Part shown: in pieces, positions 18,035-27,902 of the stretch
Numbering within the stretch: position 1 is the first letter of the stretch
Layout of the letters: each line of letters starts with the position of its first letter
NCBI GenBank assembly: GCA_965247485.1
Contig: OZ252017.1
Span: 366,478 to 430,477 of the forward strand
Length of the DNA stretch: 64,000 nt
Direction of reading: 5' to 3'
From: Dehalococcoidia bacterium
Lineage (GTDB): Bacteria; Chloroflexota; Dehalococcoidia; DSTF01; WHTK01
Program-made: the position numbers and the translations under genes
Notes under the pieces: model-generated
What the model saw: only the letters and a program-made list of their open reading frames with translations
What the model was told of the DNA's origin: nothing
Databases searched by the model: none

Positions 18035-18364
18035 TTTTTTGCCCTCCTAAGATCGGAATCTCAAGATTCGATGCTTTGATCTTAGCTCAGAACGGGCTGC
18101 TTGGGACTATGCCGAGAATTGAACCTATCTATCAATTGGTCGCTGGCAATCAGACCCCTTGGGCACACCCGGCATGACCCTGAACCCTCGTCGCTGCCTT
18201 CAGCTGAATTCCAAACCGCTTGGCCATCGAGCGTTGCAAGTCCAGGCATCGAGAACCGCTCGGACCCTTAGCCACAGGCGAAATGTTTGTTCGGTTGACG
18301 CATCGTGCTATATTTACTAAAGCGTCTTAGCAACTTAAGGTGTGGGCGGTCCGCCCAGAGGACA

Positions 18365-18580
18365 ATGGCCACCGATCCATTCGATAACTACATGGACCTT
18401 GTTGAAGCCGCAAGGATTCTGGGTATTCACCCTCAATCGCTGCGCCGGCTGATCAAACAAAAGAAGGTACCGGCAATAATTTTTGCCGGTAAGTATTTGA
18501 TAGCCCGTGACAAGTTGGAGATGTTCCAGTCCAACTATGACCCTCGGCCTGGCCGCAAGCCCCTGAGACGCCTGCTCTAG
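18365..18580 (+). CDS. Small excisionase/MerR-like helix-turn-helix protein
   Basis: EAARILGIHPQSLRRLIKQKKVPA; GAGGA RBS before ATG 18365; TGCTATATT extended -10 upstream. Confidence 0.8.
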   Translation: MATDPFDNYMDLVEAARILGIHPQSLRRLIKQKKVPAIIFAGKYLIARDKLEMFQSNYDPRPGRKPLRRLL

Positions 18581-18600
18581 TCGGTCTTCAGCCCAAACAC

Positions 18601-18630
18601 AAAAGGACGGCCAATTCTTGGCCGCCCTTT
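18601..18630. terminator. Bidirectional intrinsic terminator
   Basis: AAAGG-CGGCCAA/TTGGCCG-CCTTT hairpin between convergent genes. Confidence 0.7.
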
Positions 18631-18650
18631 CCTATTCACTCACCGGAAAA

Positions 18651-19451
18651 TTAAGCAGGCGGTTTGATTTCGATTGAGTCATCATTAAAATCGCTGAGAA
18701 TTAACTCAAATTCGACAGTCATGTCTTGACCCTGTTCATCTTTGCCGCTTGCCGTCATAACAATCTTGATTGGCACTCCATCAGCTGTCAGCCACAAATC
18801 GAGGCTTGCTTCAGTCAGGTCGGGAATGCCGCTCGTGTCACCCATTGCCTCGCCGGCCGCGAGCAGGGCGGCTTTGTCAAAGGAGTAATGGGTGGTTGAA
18901 ATACCGTTTATCTCTTCAGAGCTGGTTTCTGCCGCTTCGAGCACTTCGACCGGCAGCAAATCGCCGAGCATCTCAGTCGGCACCCCGTCGCTCAGATCGA
19001 GTGATTCTGTGCCGGCCGGCGACTCCTGCCAAACGCCGTCAAACTTTACCCATGACTGGCTGCCAATTTGGACCAGCGAGATATCTTCACCGCCAAATGA
19101 CAGTGTTACCTCGAATCGGTCTGGCGCGACGAAGGCACCCTCTGCCCGGAGGTCAGCTAGCGCACCCAGCAGCAAGGCTGCAATCGCACCACCTAGTTCG
19201 TCCTCTGGGTCGGTCGCCAGGGCTTCGCCTACGTCGAGCTTCACTGCGAGATTAAAGCGAAAACTCTGCAGCTCGGTAAGTGCCGAGGCCGTCTTCTCCA
19301 AGTTAACGGATTGAATCGTGCCAGTGCTCGACCCATCCGACGATGGACTTGCGCCATCAGAAGTCGCGGCTTTGTCGTCGCCCCCGCAGGAAACTATCAG
19401 CGCGAGCAGAAAAACAAACCCTGTCACAAGCCAGTGCGTCAATTTTGGCAT
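18651..19451 (-). CDS. Lipoprotein, LppX/LprAFG-like
   Basis: IVSC lipobox, Ser-rich linker, C-terminal SDFN..IEIKPP; GGAGGTGG RBS before ATG 19451. Confidence 0.7.
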   Translation of the reverse strand: MPKLTHWLVTGFVFLLALIVSCGGDDKAATSDGASPSSDGSSTGTIQSVNLEKTASALTELQSFRFNLAVKLDVGEALATDPEDELGGAIAALLLGALADLRAEGAFVAPDRFEVTLSFGGEDISLVQIGSQSWVKFDGVWQESPAGTESLDLSDGVPTEMLGDLLPVEVLEAAETSSEEINGISTTHYSFDKAALLAAGEAMGDTSGIPDLTEASLDLWLTADGVPIKIVMTASGKDEQGQDMTVEFELILSDFNDDSIEIKPPA

Positions 19452-19500
19452 TCGCCACCTCCCCACCTGAAATTAGTGTCGGCAGCATGGAGCGATTTCG

Positions 19501-20172
19501 CTAGAAGCTAGACTCGCCACGACTCGACTCCAAGTATTCGACTGAATTGCGGTAGGACTCTTCCTCTATGAAACCGCTGGACATCAAGTAGTTGAGGATT
19601 ACTTCAAGCGTTAGAGCTGCGCGCAGATTGATACCTTCTCTATGCAGCCGCTCGCGAGCCCCTTGCTGCCGGTCTACGAGAACAAAAGCATCCTTTACGA
19701 ATAATCCAGCCTCTCGTAGCCGCTCCGCCGTCTCAAATATGCTGCTGCCGCCTGTCACCAAGTCATCGATAATCATCGCATTCTGGCCCGGCGTGTAGAC
19801 ACCCTCGATCGGACCATCGTCCGTCGGGCTTGGATGGAGGTAAATCATTGGAATCTTGGCCGCTAAAGAGTAGGCCGTCGCCACTAGCAATCCACCGAGC
19901 GGGACACCGGCGGCAAGTTGGAATTGATCCATCTGCGGATTGCGCATGGCTTGGAGTGCAGTTATCTCTTCATGCATGACGTGCGCCGCCCGCCAAAGAG
20001 CGGTTGGATGACCGATCAGTTTTCGAACATTGAGAAATACCGGAGAACGAACAGCCGTCCGGCCACGCGTGAACTCGCCAAATTCAACCGCGCCGAGCCG
20101 CCACAGGGCGTCAGCAAGCCAGAGGTTAGAATTGTCGGATTGCACCATGCGCTTCAAAAGGACAGAGGCCAA
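19501..20172 (-). CDS. Orotate phosphoribosyltransferase-like type I PRTase
   Basis: FGEFT...SPVFLN and IIDDLVTGGS PRPP motif, VDRQQG. Confidence 0.7.
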   Translation of the reverse strand: MASVLLKRMVQSDNSNLWLADALWRLGAVEFGEFTRGRTAVRSPVFLNVRKLIGHPTALWRAAHVMHEEITALQAMRNPQMDQFQLAAGVPLGGLLVATAYSLAAKIPMIYLHPSPTDDGPIEGVYTPGQNAMIIDDLVTGGSSIFETAERLREAGLFVKDAFVLVDRQQGARERLHREGINLRAALTLEVILNYLMSSGFIEEESYRNSVEYLESSRGESSF

Positions 20173-20440
20173 TTGACTGGCCTCCGGCTAGATCCAAAAC
20201 ATTTCCCGATGAGCGCTTCCCCTGCCCAAATCTGAGCCTGAACGGTCAGAATATAGGCGCTAGAACGTCTGCTCTAGACTATCATTGACGAAGCAAATGT
20301 CAACCTGGATCTGCACCGCCGCGCCGCGGTTGCTCGGCCTAGGAATGTGTCGGCATACCATCGGGCACGGGTCACCCTGCGAGTTCAGGGGAAATCCAGC
20401 CTGCCTCTTGCACTTGGACCCGATTTTGTACAAAATGCAT

Positions 20441-20467
20441 TTAGCACTCGCCTTCGGTGAGTGCTAA
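20441..20467 (+). promoter_or_regulatory. CIRCE element (HrcA operator)
   Basis: Perfect TTAGCACTC-N9-GAGTGCTAA upstream of groEL. Confidence 0.97.
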
Positions 20468-20506
20468 TCCCGTAAATCAAAACTAGACATCTCAGGAGGT
20501 CTAAAC

Positions 20507-22117
20507 ATGGCGAAGCAATTGCTATTTGATCAGGAAGCCCGGTCGGCCATGAAGGATGGCATTGACGCGCTGGCTGACGCGGTGAAAATCACCCTTGGCC
20601 CCAAGGGGCGCAATGTCGTCCTCGACAAGAAATTCGGGGCGCCTACGATCACCAATGACGGCGTCACCATCGCCAAGGAAATTGAGTTGTCGGAGGCGTT
20701 CCCCAACATCGGTGCCCAGCTGGCCAAGGAAATCGCTTCCAAGACCAACGACATCGCCGGTGACGGTACAACAACCGCCACGGTTCTTGGGCAGGCAATC
20801 GTCGCTGAGGGTCTAAAAAATGTGACAGCCGGTGCCAATCCCATGGCTCTGAAACGTGGAATTGAGAAGAGCAGCCAGCAGGTCATCGACCACCTGCGGG
20901 CAACTGCCACTCAGATCACTGAGCGCGACCAGATGGCTCAAGTGGCCGCCATTTCTGCCAATAATGACGACGCAGTTGGTGACCTAATCGGCGAAGTCAT
21001 GGAAAAAGTTGGCAAAGACGGTGTTGTCACGGTTGAGGAGTCCAAAGGAATCCGCACCGAGGTCGAGTACGTCGAAGGAATGCAGTTCGACCGAGGCTAT
21101 ATTTCACCCTACTTCGTTACCAATACCGACAAGATGGAAGCGGAAATCGAAGATCCATACGTTCTGATTACCGACAGGAAAATCTCCGCCGTCGCAGATA
21201 TCCTACCGGTGCTCGAGCGGGTGCTTAAGGTATCCAAGAACTTCCTGATCATCTGCGAGGACTGCGATGGCGAAGCTCTCGCCACCTTGGCCGTGAACAA
21301 GCTTCGCGGAACAATCAATGTCGTGGCCGTAAAGGCGCCTGGATTTGGCGACCGCCGCAAAGAGAACCTTGGTGACATTGCCGCGCTCACTGGAGCCACC
21401 GTCATCAGCGAAGAGCTTGGCCGCAAGATTGACTCCGCTGAGCTTGAGGACATGGGCCGCGCCCGTCGAATCGTGGTAGCAAAGGAAGACACGACCATCA
21501 TCGAAGGCCACGCTTCTAAGGAAGATATTGAGAATCGCATCAACCAAATAAAATCATCCTTGGAAACCACTACCTCTGATTGGGACCGTGAGAAGCTTCA
21601 GGAGCGCCTCGGCAAGCTGGCTGGCAGCGTCGCTGTAATCAAGGTTGGTGCCGCCACAGAAGTCGAACTCAAGGAACGCAAGCACCGCGTGGAAGATGCT
21701 TTAAGCGCAACCCGCGCCGCAATCGAGGAAGGCATAGTCTCTGGTGGTGGCGTAGCCCTAATCAATGCCCTCGGCGTCCTGGAGAATCCCGATCTCGAAG
21801 GCGATGAGCGCACCGGCGTCACTATCTTGCGACGTGCGCTGGAGGAGCCACTGCGACGCATTGCGATAAACTCCGGCCAAGATGGGTCTGTTATCGTCCA
21901 GGAGGTCCGCACTCTACCAGCAGGCCAGGGTTATGACGCTGCCCGTGATGAGTTTGGTGAAATGATTCAGCGTGGAATTATTGACCCCCTAAAGGTCACG
22001 CGCTCCGCTCTTGAAAACGCTGTCAGCATTGCCGGCATGGTTCTCACGACAAACTGTCTGGTGACAGACATTGTCGAGAAGCAGGGCGCTGTACCCGGGG
22101 CACCGCCGCAGTACTAG
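20507..22117 (+). CDS. groL: Chaperonin GroEL
   Basis: [24 protein letters not shown]; AGGAGG RBS. Confidence 0.98.
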   Translation: MAKQLLFDQEARSAMKDGIDALADAVKITLGPKGRNVVLDKKFGAPTITNDGVTIAKEIELSEAFPNIGAQLAKEIASKTNDIAGDGTTTATVLGQAIVAEGLKNVTAGANPMALKRGIEKSSQQVIDHLRATATQITERDQMAQVAAISANNDDAVGDLIGEVMEKVGKDGVVTVEESKGIRTEVEYVEGMQFDRGYISPYFVTNTDKMEAEIEDPYVLITDRKISAVADILPVLERVLKVSKNFLIICEDCDGEALATLAVNKLRGTINVVAVKAPGFGDRRKENLGDIAALTGATVISEELGRKIDSAELEDMGRARRIVVAKEDTTIIEGHASKEDIENRINQIKSSLETTTSDWDREKLQERLGKLAGSVAVIKVGAATEVELKERKHRVEDALSATRAAIEEGIVSGGGVALINALGVLENPDLEGDERTGVTILRRALEEPLRRIAINSGQDGSVIVQEVRTLPAGQGYDAARDEFGEMIQRGIIDPLKVTRSALENAVSIAGMVLTTNCLVTDIVEKQGAVPGAPPQY

Positions 22118-22145
22118 ATTCGCACAAGGGGCTTGAGGGCAAAAG

Positions 22146-22595
22146 TTGTACAGCGAAAACGGCGTTCAGGTTGACTTTGAAGAAGTAACTCGACTTGTCG
22201 ACACTGCTGACGTTTTTGTGGTTGGTTTCGGCACGTTCCAAAATCGATTGCTGGTCGATACTCGCTCGGACGCATCCGAAATGCCGATGGTGCGGGTTGT
22301 CAAGCCAATCAGTTCCCCACGCGCGCGCCTGGCCTGGCTTGCGAAGAGACGGCCGTCCTTGGCTGAGCCGCAATCATTTACTTTCATCCCATGGCCGCAC
22401 TCGATCAACTTCCTTGCCGATACCGGCGTTTGGGACAAGATCTGCAGGAGTGTTGGAGCTGACCTTGAGCCTGCGGTGCAAACGCAGTGCGCTATGGCGT
22501 TCGGAGAGTTGGGAGCCCTGGACCGAGAGGCAACTCTAGAGATCCTCAAAGGTGAAAACTGCCTCACCCTCTGGCCACCTGAGGATCAAGCCTAA
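22146..22595 (+). CDS. Hypothetical protein
   Basis: 149-aa ORF with GAGG RBS, followed by a terminator. Confidence 0.7.
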   Translation: MYSENGVQVDFEEVTRLVDTADVFVVGFGTFQNRLLVDTRSDASEMPMVRVVKPISSPRARLAWLAKRRPSLAEPQSFTFIPWPHSINFLADTGVWDKICRSVGADLEPAVQTQCAMAFGELGALDREATLEILKGENCLTLWPPEDQA

Positions 22596-22608
22596 ATCTA
22601 AAGCTGAC

Positions 22609-22645
22609 AAATAAGGGGGCGCCGTTGTGACGTCCCCTTATTTAT
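22609..22645 (+). terminator. Intrinsic terminator
   Basis: AAATAAGGGGGCG...CGTCCCCTTATTT hairpin. Confidence 0.75.
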
Positions 22646-22768
22646 TACTCCGGCCTGCCGGCTCGAGGCCGCCAATTAAAATATCTGGATTAGCCCGCGC
22701 CTCGTAGTGGCACTTGGGTCACGTTCGGCGATAATCGTAAGGCATGTTTCAAATTTCCTCCCTGCCGC

Positions 22769-23440
22769 ATGACTAAAGGCGACAAGGTCTACTCACCCAC
22801 CGAAATTATCGCTGGCCTGGTCGGCCTTTATGGCGAACCGGAGTGGCGACCTCACCACGATCCGATGAGCGAACTAGTCCTCACGCTGCTTTCGCAAAAC
22901 ACATCGGACACCAATTCCGGCAGGGCATTTTCGCGGCTTCTACAGCGGTTCCCTGATTGGCAAGCCGTCCTCGAAGCTCCGGTAGATGAGATTGAGGAAA
23001 CGATTCGGCCCGGCGGACTGGCGCCCACGAAAGCACCGAGGCTAAAGGCTATGTTGAAGGAGATTCAGGACCGGACCGGCGGTCTAGACCTCTCTTTTCT
23101 TGCCGCATGGGAAACCAGCGAAGTGCGCGAATGGTTGCGCACACTACCTGCTGTTGGACCCAAGACCGCGGCCTGTGTCCTCCTGTTCGGCATGGGCAAG
23201 CCGGGCCTGCCAGTAGATACTCACGTGCATCGCGTTGCTGGCCGTCTTGGCCTCATCGATGCCCGGCTTACACCAGAAAAGGCACAAACCTTATTGGAGG
23301 AAACTATTCCGGACGCGGACCACTACAGATTCCATATGCTATTAATTCGCCACGGCCGACACACCTGTATCGCTCGCGCTCCTGCCTGCGGCACGTGCCC
23401 CTTAAATCAGCACTGCCCGGCGAGCGTGACCCGCGCCTGA
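22769..23440 (+). CDS. Endonuclease III family HhH-GPD DNA glycosylase with 4Fe-4S motif
   Basis: LLSQNT, VGPKTA, PVDTHV, C-x6-C-x2-C-x5-C. Confidence 0.9.
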   Translation: MTKGDKVYSPTEIIAGLVGLYGEPEWRPHHDPMSELVLTLLSQNTSDTNSGRAFSRLLQRFPDWQAVLEAPVDEIEETIRPGGLAPTKAPRLKAMLKEIQDRTGGLDLSFLAAWETSEVREWLRTLPAVGPKTAACVLLFGMGKPGLPVDTHVHRVAGRLGLIDARLTPEKAQTLLEETIPDADHYRFHMLLIRHGRHTCIARAPACGTCPLNQHCPASVTRA

Positions 23441-23499
23441 AGGGCCACACAGAGGCCACAGATAGGGTGGTTTCGCAAGGCCGCTTCGCCAGCCCTTCG

Positions 23500-23529
23500 T
23501 TGACACCAACAATGGCAAAAATCTATGAT
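23500..23529 (+). promoter_or_regulatory. Sigma-70-type promoter of the rny operon
   Basis: TTGACA-N18-TATGAT. Confidence 0.65.
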
Positions 23530-23608
23530 CCATTTATAAACACTCTGAAAATTACGCAGGTTTTTACTTTGACTAGTTTGATCAAAACCCAGGGAAAGGA
23601 AGGTCTCA

Positions 23609-25147
23609 ATGTCCACAATGGCCATTGCAGCGATCGCCGTAATCGGCGTTCTCGCGCTGGTTGTTGGGGCTCTTTTCGGCCAGGCTTTACACGATCGGAG
23701 GGAGAAGGCAAGGAAAGCGACCGCGTCTGATGACGCGGACCGCATAATTTCTGAAGCCCAAACCAAGGAAAAAGAAGTCCTCCTTCAGGCCAAGGAGGAA
23801 TCGATCCGAATTCGCGGCCAGGCCGATTCTGAAGCCAAAGAGCTCCGCCAAGAAGTTCTGCGCCTTGAACAACGAGTAGCACAAAGGGAAGAAAACCTCG
23901 ACCGCAAGCAAGATGTCATAGACCGTCGCGACAGTACGCTTTCAGATCGGGAGGAAAAGCTCGAAGAGGCGCGCGCGATAGTAGAAGAGCTCACCGGTCA
24001 GCGGACAGCAGAGATTGAACGAGTCGCCCACCTTACTCAAGCCGAGGCGGGCGCGATCCTCATGACCGAGACGGAAGCGGAAATTCGCGAGGATGCTAAC
24101 CGGCTGGTTCGCCAGATTGAAGAAGAAGCACGTGAAAACGCCGGCCCCAAAGCACGCGAAATAATCACCGCGACAATCCAACGAATCGCTACGGAGGCCG
24201 TGTCCGAGTCAACGGTCAGCGTCGTCCAGATTCCAAGCGAAGACATGAAGGGTCGAATTATTGGCCGCGAGGGACGAAATATCCGCGCACTGGAGCACGC
24301 CACCGGCGTTGACCTAATTATCGACGACACTCCAGACGCTGTGATGCTGTCTTCGTTCGACGGTGTTCGTCGCGAAGTCGCCCGCGTGGCGCTGACGCGG
24401 CTGCTTTCCGATGGCCGCATCCACCCGACACGCATCGAGGAAGTAGTAGAAAAATCTCGGCAAGACGTTGAGAACGATCTGAGAACCGCTGGCGAAGAGG
24501 CCATGGTAACGGCGAACTGCGCCGGTTTGCATCCGGAACTCGTGCGCACTCTGGGCCGGCTGAAATACCGCACGAGCTACGGCCAAAATCAACTCATGCA
24601 CGCGGTTGAGTGCTCACAAATCGCGGCATTGCTCGCGCGGGAAACCGGCACCGACGTGAACATTCTGCGACGTGGCGCCTTGCTGCACGACATCGGCAAG
24701 GCCATCGACCGCGAGCTAGAGGGAACTCATGCCATCCTGGGCGCCGAACTGGCTCGACGTTACTCGATTTCCGAACCGATAGCTCACTGTATCGAATCGC
24801 ATCACGAGGAGGTCCCGGCACGCACGCTGGAAGCGCTCCTGGTCCAAGTAGCGGACTCGATCAGTGGTGGCCGTCCTGGCGCACGGATGGAGGCGCTCGA
24901 GTCCTACACCAAGCGACTGGAAGCGTTGGAGACAATCGCCGTCGGCTTTACCGGTGTGGAGAAAGCCTTCGCCATTCAAGCCGGCCGCGAAGTGCGAATC
25001 CTGGTCAAGCCCGAGCAGATCGACGACCTTGCTGCCATGCGTCTGGCGCGTGACGTGAGTAAGCAGATCGAGGAGTCGATGGAATATCCCGGTCAAATCA
25101 AGATCACCGTAGTACGCGAAACACGGGCAACTGATTTCGCCAAATAG
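23609..25147 (+). CDS. rny: Ribonuclease Y
   Basis: N-terminal TM, coiled coil, KH (GRIIGREGRNIR), HD (LLHDIGK). Confidence 0.97.
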   Translation: MSTMAIAAIAVIGVLALVVGALFGQALHDRREKARKATASDDADRIISEAQTKEKEVLLQAKEESIRIRGQADSEAKELRQEVLRLEQRVAQREENLDRKQDVIDRRDSTLSDREEKLEEARAIVEELTGQRTAEIERVAHLTQAEAGAILMTETEAEIREDANRLVRQIEEEARENAGPKAREIITATIQRIATEAVSESTVSVVQIPSEDMKGRIIGREGRNIRALEHATGVDLIIDDTPDAVMLSSFDGVRREVARVALTRLLSDGRIHPTRIEEVVEKSRQDVENDLRTAGEEAMVTANCAGLHPELVRTLGRLKYRTSYGQNQLMHAVECSQIAALLARETGTDVNILRRGALLHDIGKAIDRELEGTHAILGAELARRYSISEPIAHCIESHHEEVPARTLEALLVQVADSISGGRPGARMEALESYTKRLEALETIAVGFTGVEKAFAIQAGREVRILVKPEQIDDLAAMRLARDVSKQIEESMEYPGQIKITVVRETRATDFAK

Positions 25148-25156
25148 GCGTGACGC

Positions 25157-25933
25157 GTGCGGGTCCTCTATATCGGTGATATCGTCGGCTCGCCGGGCCG
25201 GCGCGCGTTTGCCGCGCTGCTGCCTGGCTTAAGGCACGAGTTGAATCTGGATGTCGTAATTGCCAATGGTGAAAACGCCGCGGCTGGACGCGGGCTCACA
25301 CTGAAAACTGCCAAAGAGCTGTTTGACGCCGGCGTGGATACAATCAGTTCCGGAAATCACATTTGGGACCAAAAGGAGTTCATCGAGGAACTAAATCGCG
25401 ATTCGCCGATCCTGAGGCCGGCAAACTATCCTGCCGGCTCGCCAGGCAGAGGAATGCTGACCAACAAGGGCGTCACCGTCCTCAATCTACAGGGCCGAAC
25501 CTTCATGGCGAATATCGACTGTCCATTTCGCACCGCTGACGCGTTGCTAAATGACGACGTCCGCCAGCCAATAATCGTAGACATGCACGCGGAGGCAACC
25601 AGCGAGAAGGTAGCGATGGGGTGGTACCTAAACGGCCGTGTGGCCGCTGTCCTTGGTAGCCACACTCACGTGCCCACCGCGGACTTGCGCATCCTGCCCG
25701 GAGGCACGGCCTACGTTTCCGACGCCGGCATGTGCGGTGCGCGCGACAGCGTGTTGGGATTTGAGGTGTCCGCCTCTCATCGTCTCTTCCTGTCGCAGCT
25801 TCCAACTCGCCTGCCGGTCGAAGAAAAGACCCACGAACTGATTCTCAACAGCGTCATGGTTGAGGTTGACGACTCCTCCGCAAAGGCCGGAACAATTCAA
25901 CGCGTCTATCGGGAGCACACAATTGACAGCTAA
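25157..25933 (+). CDS. YmdB-like metallophosphoesterase (TIGR00282)
   Basis: GDIVG, NGEN, GNH, HAEATSEK, GSHTH; downstream of rny. Confidence 0.92.
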   Translation: MRVLYIGDIVGSPGRRAFAALLPGLRHELNLDVVIANGENAAAGRGLTLKTAKELFDAGVDTISSGNHIWDQKEFIEELNRDSPILRPANYPAGSPGRGMLTNKGVTVLNLQGRTFMANIDCPFRTADALLNDDVRQPIIVDMHAEATSEKVAMGWYLNGRVAAVLGSHTHVPTADLRILPGGTAYVSDAGMCGARDSVLGFEVSASHRLFLSQLPTRLPVEEKTHELILNSVMVEVDDSSAKAGTIQRVYREHTIDS

Positions 25934-26783
25934 AGCCGATTTTCACAATCACAGCACCGCTTCTGATGGTCGCCTCAAGCCATCGGAACTTGTTGACTTG
26001 GCCGCCGCCAACGGCGTCCGGGTCTTCGCCATGACCGACCATGATTCGACAGAGGGCATCAAAGAAGCCCGCCAAGCCGCCGACCGCCATCCCGACCTTT
26101 TTCTAATCCCCGGCTGTGAGCTAAGCACCGACATTGAAGGGACCGAGGTCCATATTCTCGGCTACCTGACTGACGAGATTCTAGACAACCCAGAATTCCA
26201 GGAAAGGTTGCTAGCCTTTCGTGCCGGCCGCTTCGAGCGCGGACGCTTGATGACCGAGAAACTAGCCGCGTTGGGCGCGCCGATCAGCTGGGAACGGGTT
26301 CTAGAAATCGCCGATGACGCCTCGGTAGGCCGGCCCCACGTTGCACAGGCACTGCTGGAAGCTGGCCACATAGCCTCACTAAAAGAGGCATTCGACGTGT
26401 ACATTGGAAGAGACGGCCCTGCTTATGTCGAACGGGAGAAAATGACCCCAAGAGAGGCAGTTGAAACGCTAAAGCGGTACGGCGCGCCACCTGTGCTTGC
26501 TCATCCTAGCTATATCAAGGGCCTTGAGGATGTTCTGCCTGACCTCAAGGAAGCCGGCCTGGTTGGCATGGAGGTCTACTATAAGGATTACGATGAAACG
26601 CTGGTGGAGCAGCTAGCCACGATCGCCAAGAAATACGATCTCATGCCACTGGGCGGAAGCGATTATCATGCGCTCAAAGGGCCCGGCGAGCGCGAACCCG
26701 GCGATATTCCACTCCCAAGCCGCATCGCCAAGGACTTTGTTGAAAGGGAGTTGCCGTGGGTCCCGACGGGAGCGCTGACCTAG
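25923..26783 (+). CDS. PHP domain protein (TrpH/YciV-like)
   Basis: DFHNHSTASDG, TDHD, GRPH, GGSDYH; TTG start at 25923. Confidence 0.88.
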   Translation: MTAKADFHNHSTASDGRLKPSELVDLAAANGVRVFAMTDHDSTEGIKEARQAADRHPDLFLIPGCELSTDIEGTEVHILGYLTDEILDNPEFQERLLAFRAGRFERGRLMTEKLAALGAPISWERVLEIADDASVGRPHVAQALLEAGHIASLKEAFDVYIGRDGPAYVEREKMTPREAVETLKRYGAPPVLAHPSYIKGLEDVLPDLKEAGLVGMEVYYKDYDETLVEQLATIAKKYDLMPLGGSDYHALKGPGEREPGDIPLPSRIAKDFVERELPWVPTGALT

Positions 26784-27292
26784 CACCAGACACTGACGAC
26801 ACTACCTACTGCGCTCGCCATCCGCAGGTTGAAACCACACTCGCTTGTGCCCGCTGCGGCACATTGATCTGCCCGCGCTGCCTGGTGCAAACGCCGGTCG
26901 GCGCCCGCTGCCGGGAATGCGCCGGCGTGACTCGGTTGCCTACCGTCACCATCAGCCCCATGTTTATGGCGCGCGGACTCGCTGCCGGCATTGCCGGCGG
27001 GGCCGCGGCCGGCGCCGCGTGGGGCTACTTGAGCCGTGGCGGCAGCTTTATCGGACTATTTCTTTTCGTCATCGCGCTCGGGATTGGTTGGGCGATCTCA
27101 GAATCGATTAGCTTCTCGACGAATCGCAAACGCTCGCCAATCTTGCAGGGTTTCGCGGTTGTCGGCGCTATCGTCGCCTACCTGGTTCATAACCTGGTCA
27201 TTGGCGGTGCAATCCTACCTGGTAACGACGCCTGGGGATATTTAGCCGCCGGCCTTGCCGCGGTGTTCGCCTCATCGCGGCTGCGCTCCTAG
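26756..27292 (+). CDS. B-box-type zinc finger membrane protein
   Basis: CARHP...CARC...CPRC...CREC followed by about 4 TM segments. Confidence 0.75.
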   Translation: MGPDGSADLAPDTDDTTYCARHPQVETTLACARCGTLICPRCLVQTPVGARCRECAGVTRLPTVTISPMFMARGLAAGIAGGAAAGAAWGYLSRGGSFIGLFLFVIALGIGWAISESISFSTNRKRSPILQGFAVVGAIVAYLVHNLVIGGAILPGNDAWGYLAAGLAAVFASSRLRS

Positions 27293-27627
27293 CGCAAAAC
27301 GACGGCCAAGAAGATGATCAGAGCAAACATCGATGCTGAGATCAGACCGATTTGTTTTAATTCCTTCGCCAAATAGCCACGCCCAAAAACAGGGAGTTGG
27401 CCGGGCGCGGCGCGCACGCTTGAGCCTTCGCGTGCTCGGGTCACCATATCCAACCGCCGTCGAGGGCGAGGTTCACCTTGATGACTCTGAGCCGGCTCAG
27501 AATCCTTGGCATCGTCTTCAGCCTCAACCGCCTCTCCAGCACCCTGAAAAGTAGACGAGGCGGTCCGTCGGACCTTTCGCTTCTTGGCCTGGCCCGGAAC
27601 GTGAGCTTGGCGAGACTTTTTCGGCAT
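27289..27627 (-). CDS. Hypothetical basic protein with C-terminal TM
   Basis: MPKKSR... ending in YLAKELKQIG + hydrophobic tail; TATAAT 6 nt before ATG. Confidence 0.65.
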   Translation of the reverse strand: MPKKSRQAHVPGQAKKRKVRRTASSTFQGAGEAVEAEDDAKDSEPAQSHQGEPRPRRRLDMVTRAREGSSVRAAPGQLPVFGRGYLAKELKQIGLISASMFALIIFLAVVLR

Positions 27628-27902
27628 TGCCAAATTATAGATGCGCCACCTTAGGAGAAACAACGGTCAACTGCCTAGGGCCCGCAATCGATTCGAGCCA
27701 CAGGCCAACTTTGACCTACAGCACGTTTGTAGCAATGCAGCAAGGAAGTGACAGCTTTGCGCGCCCACACGAAAAGCGATGCTGATAAGCCACGGCCTGA
27801 TTCTCACCGACGCGACGCGTGGTCTTCGTGGTCTTTAAGGTGAGATTTAGAAGCCAGATGCTGGTAAACTGCACTCCAGGTGAACAGGAAGGAAGGTCAC
27901 AA

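Noticed and set aside
18305-18650. Prophage or integrative element suggested by the excisionase-like HTH
   Set aside because: No integrase, att-like repeats, tRNA or phage genes nearby
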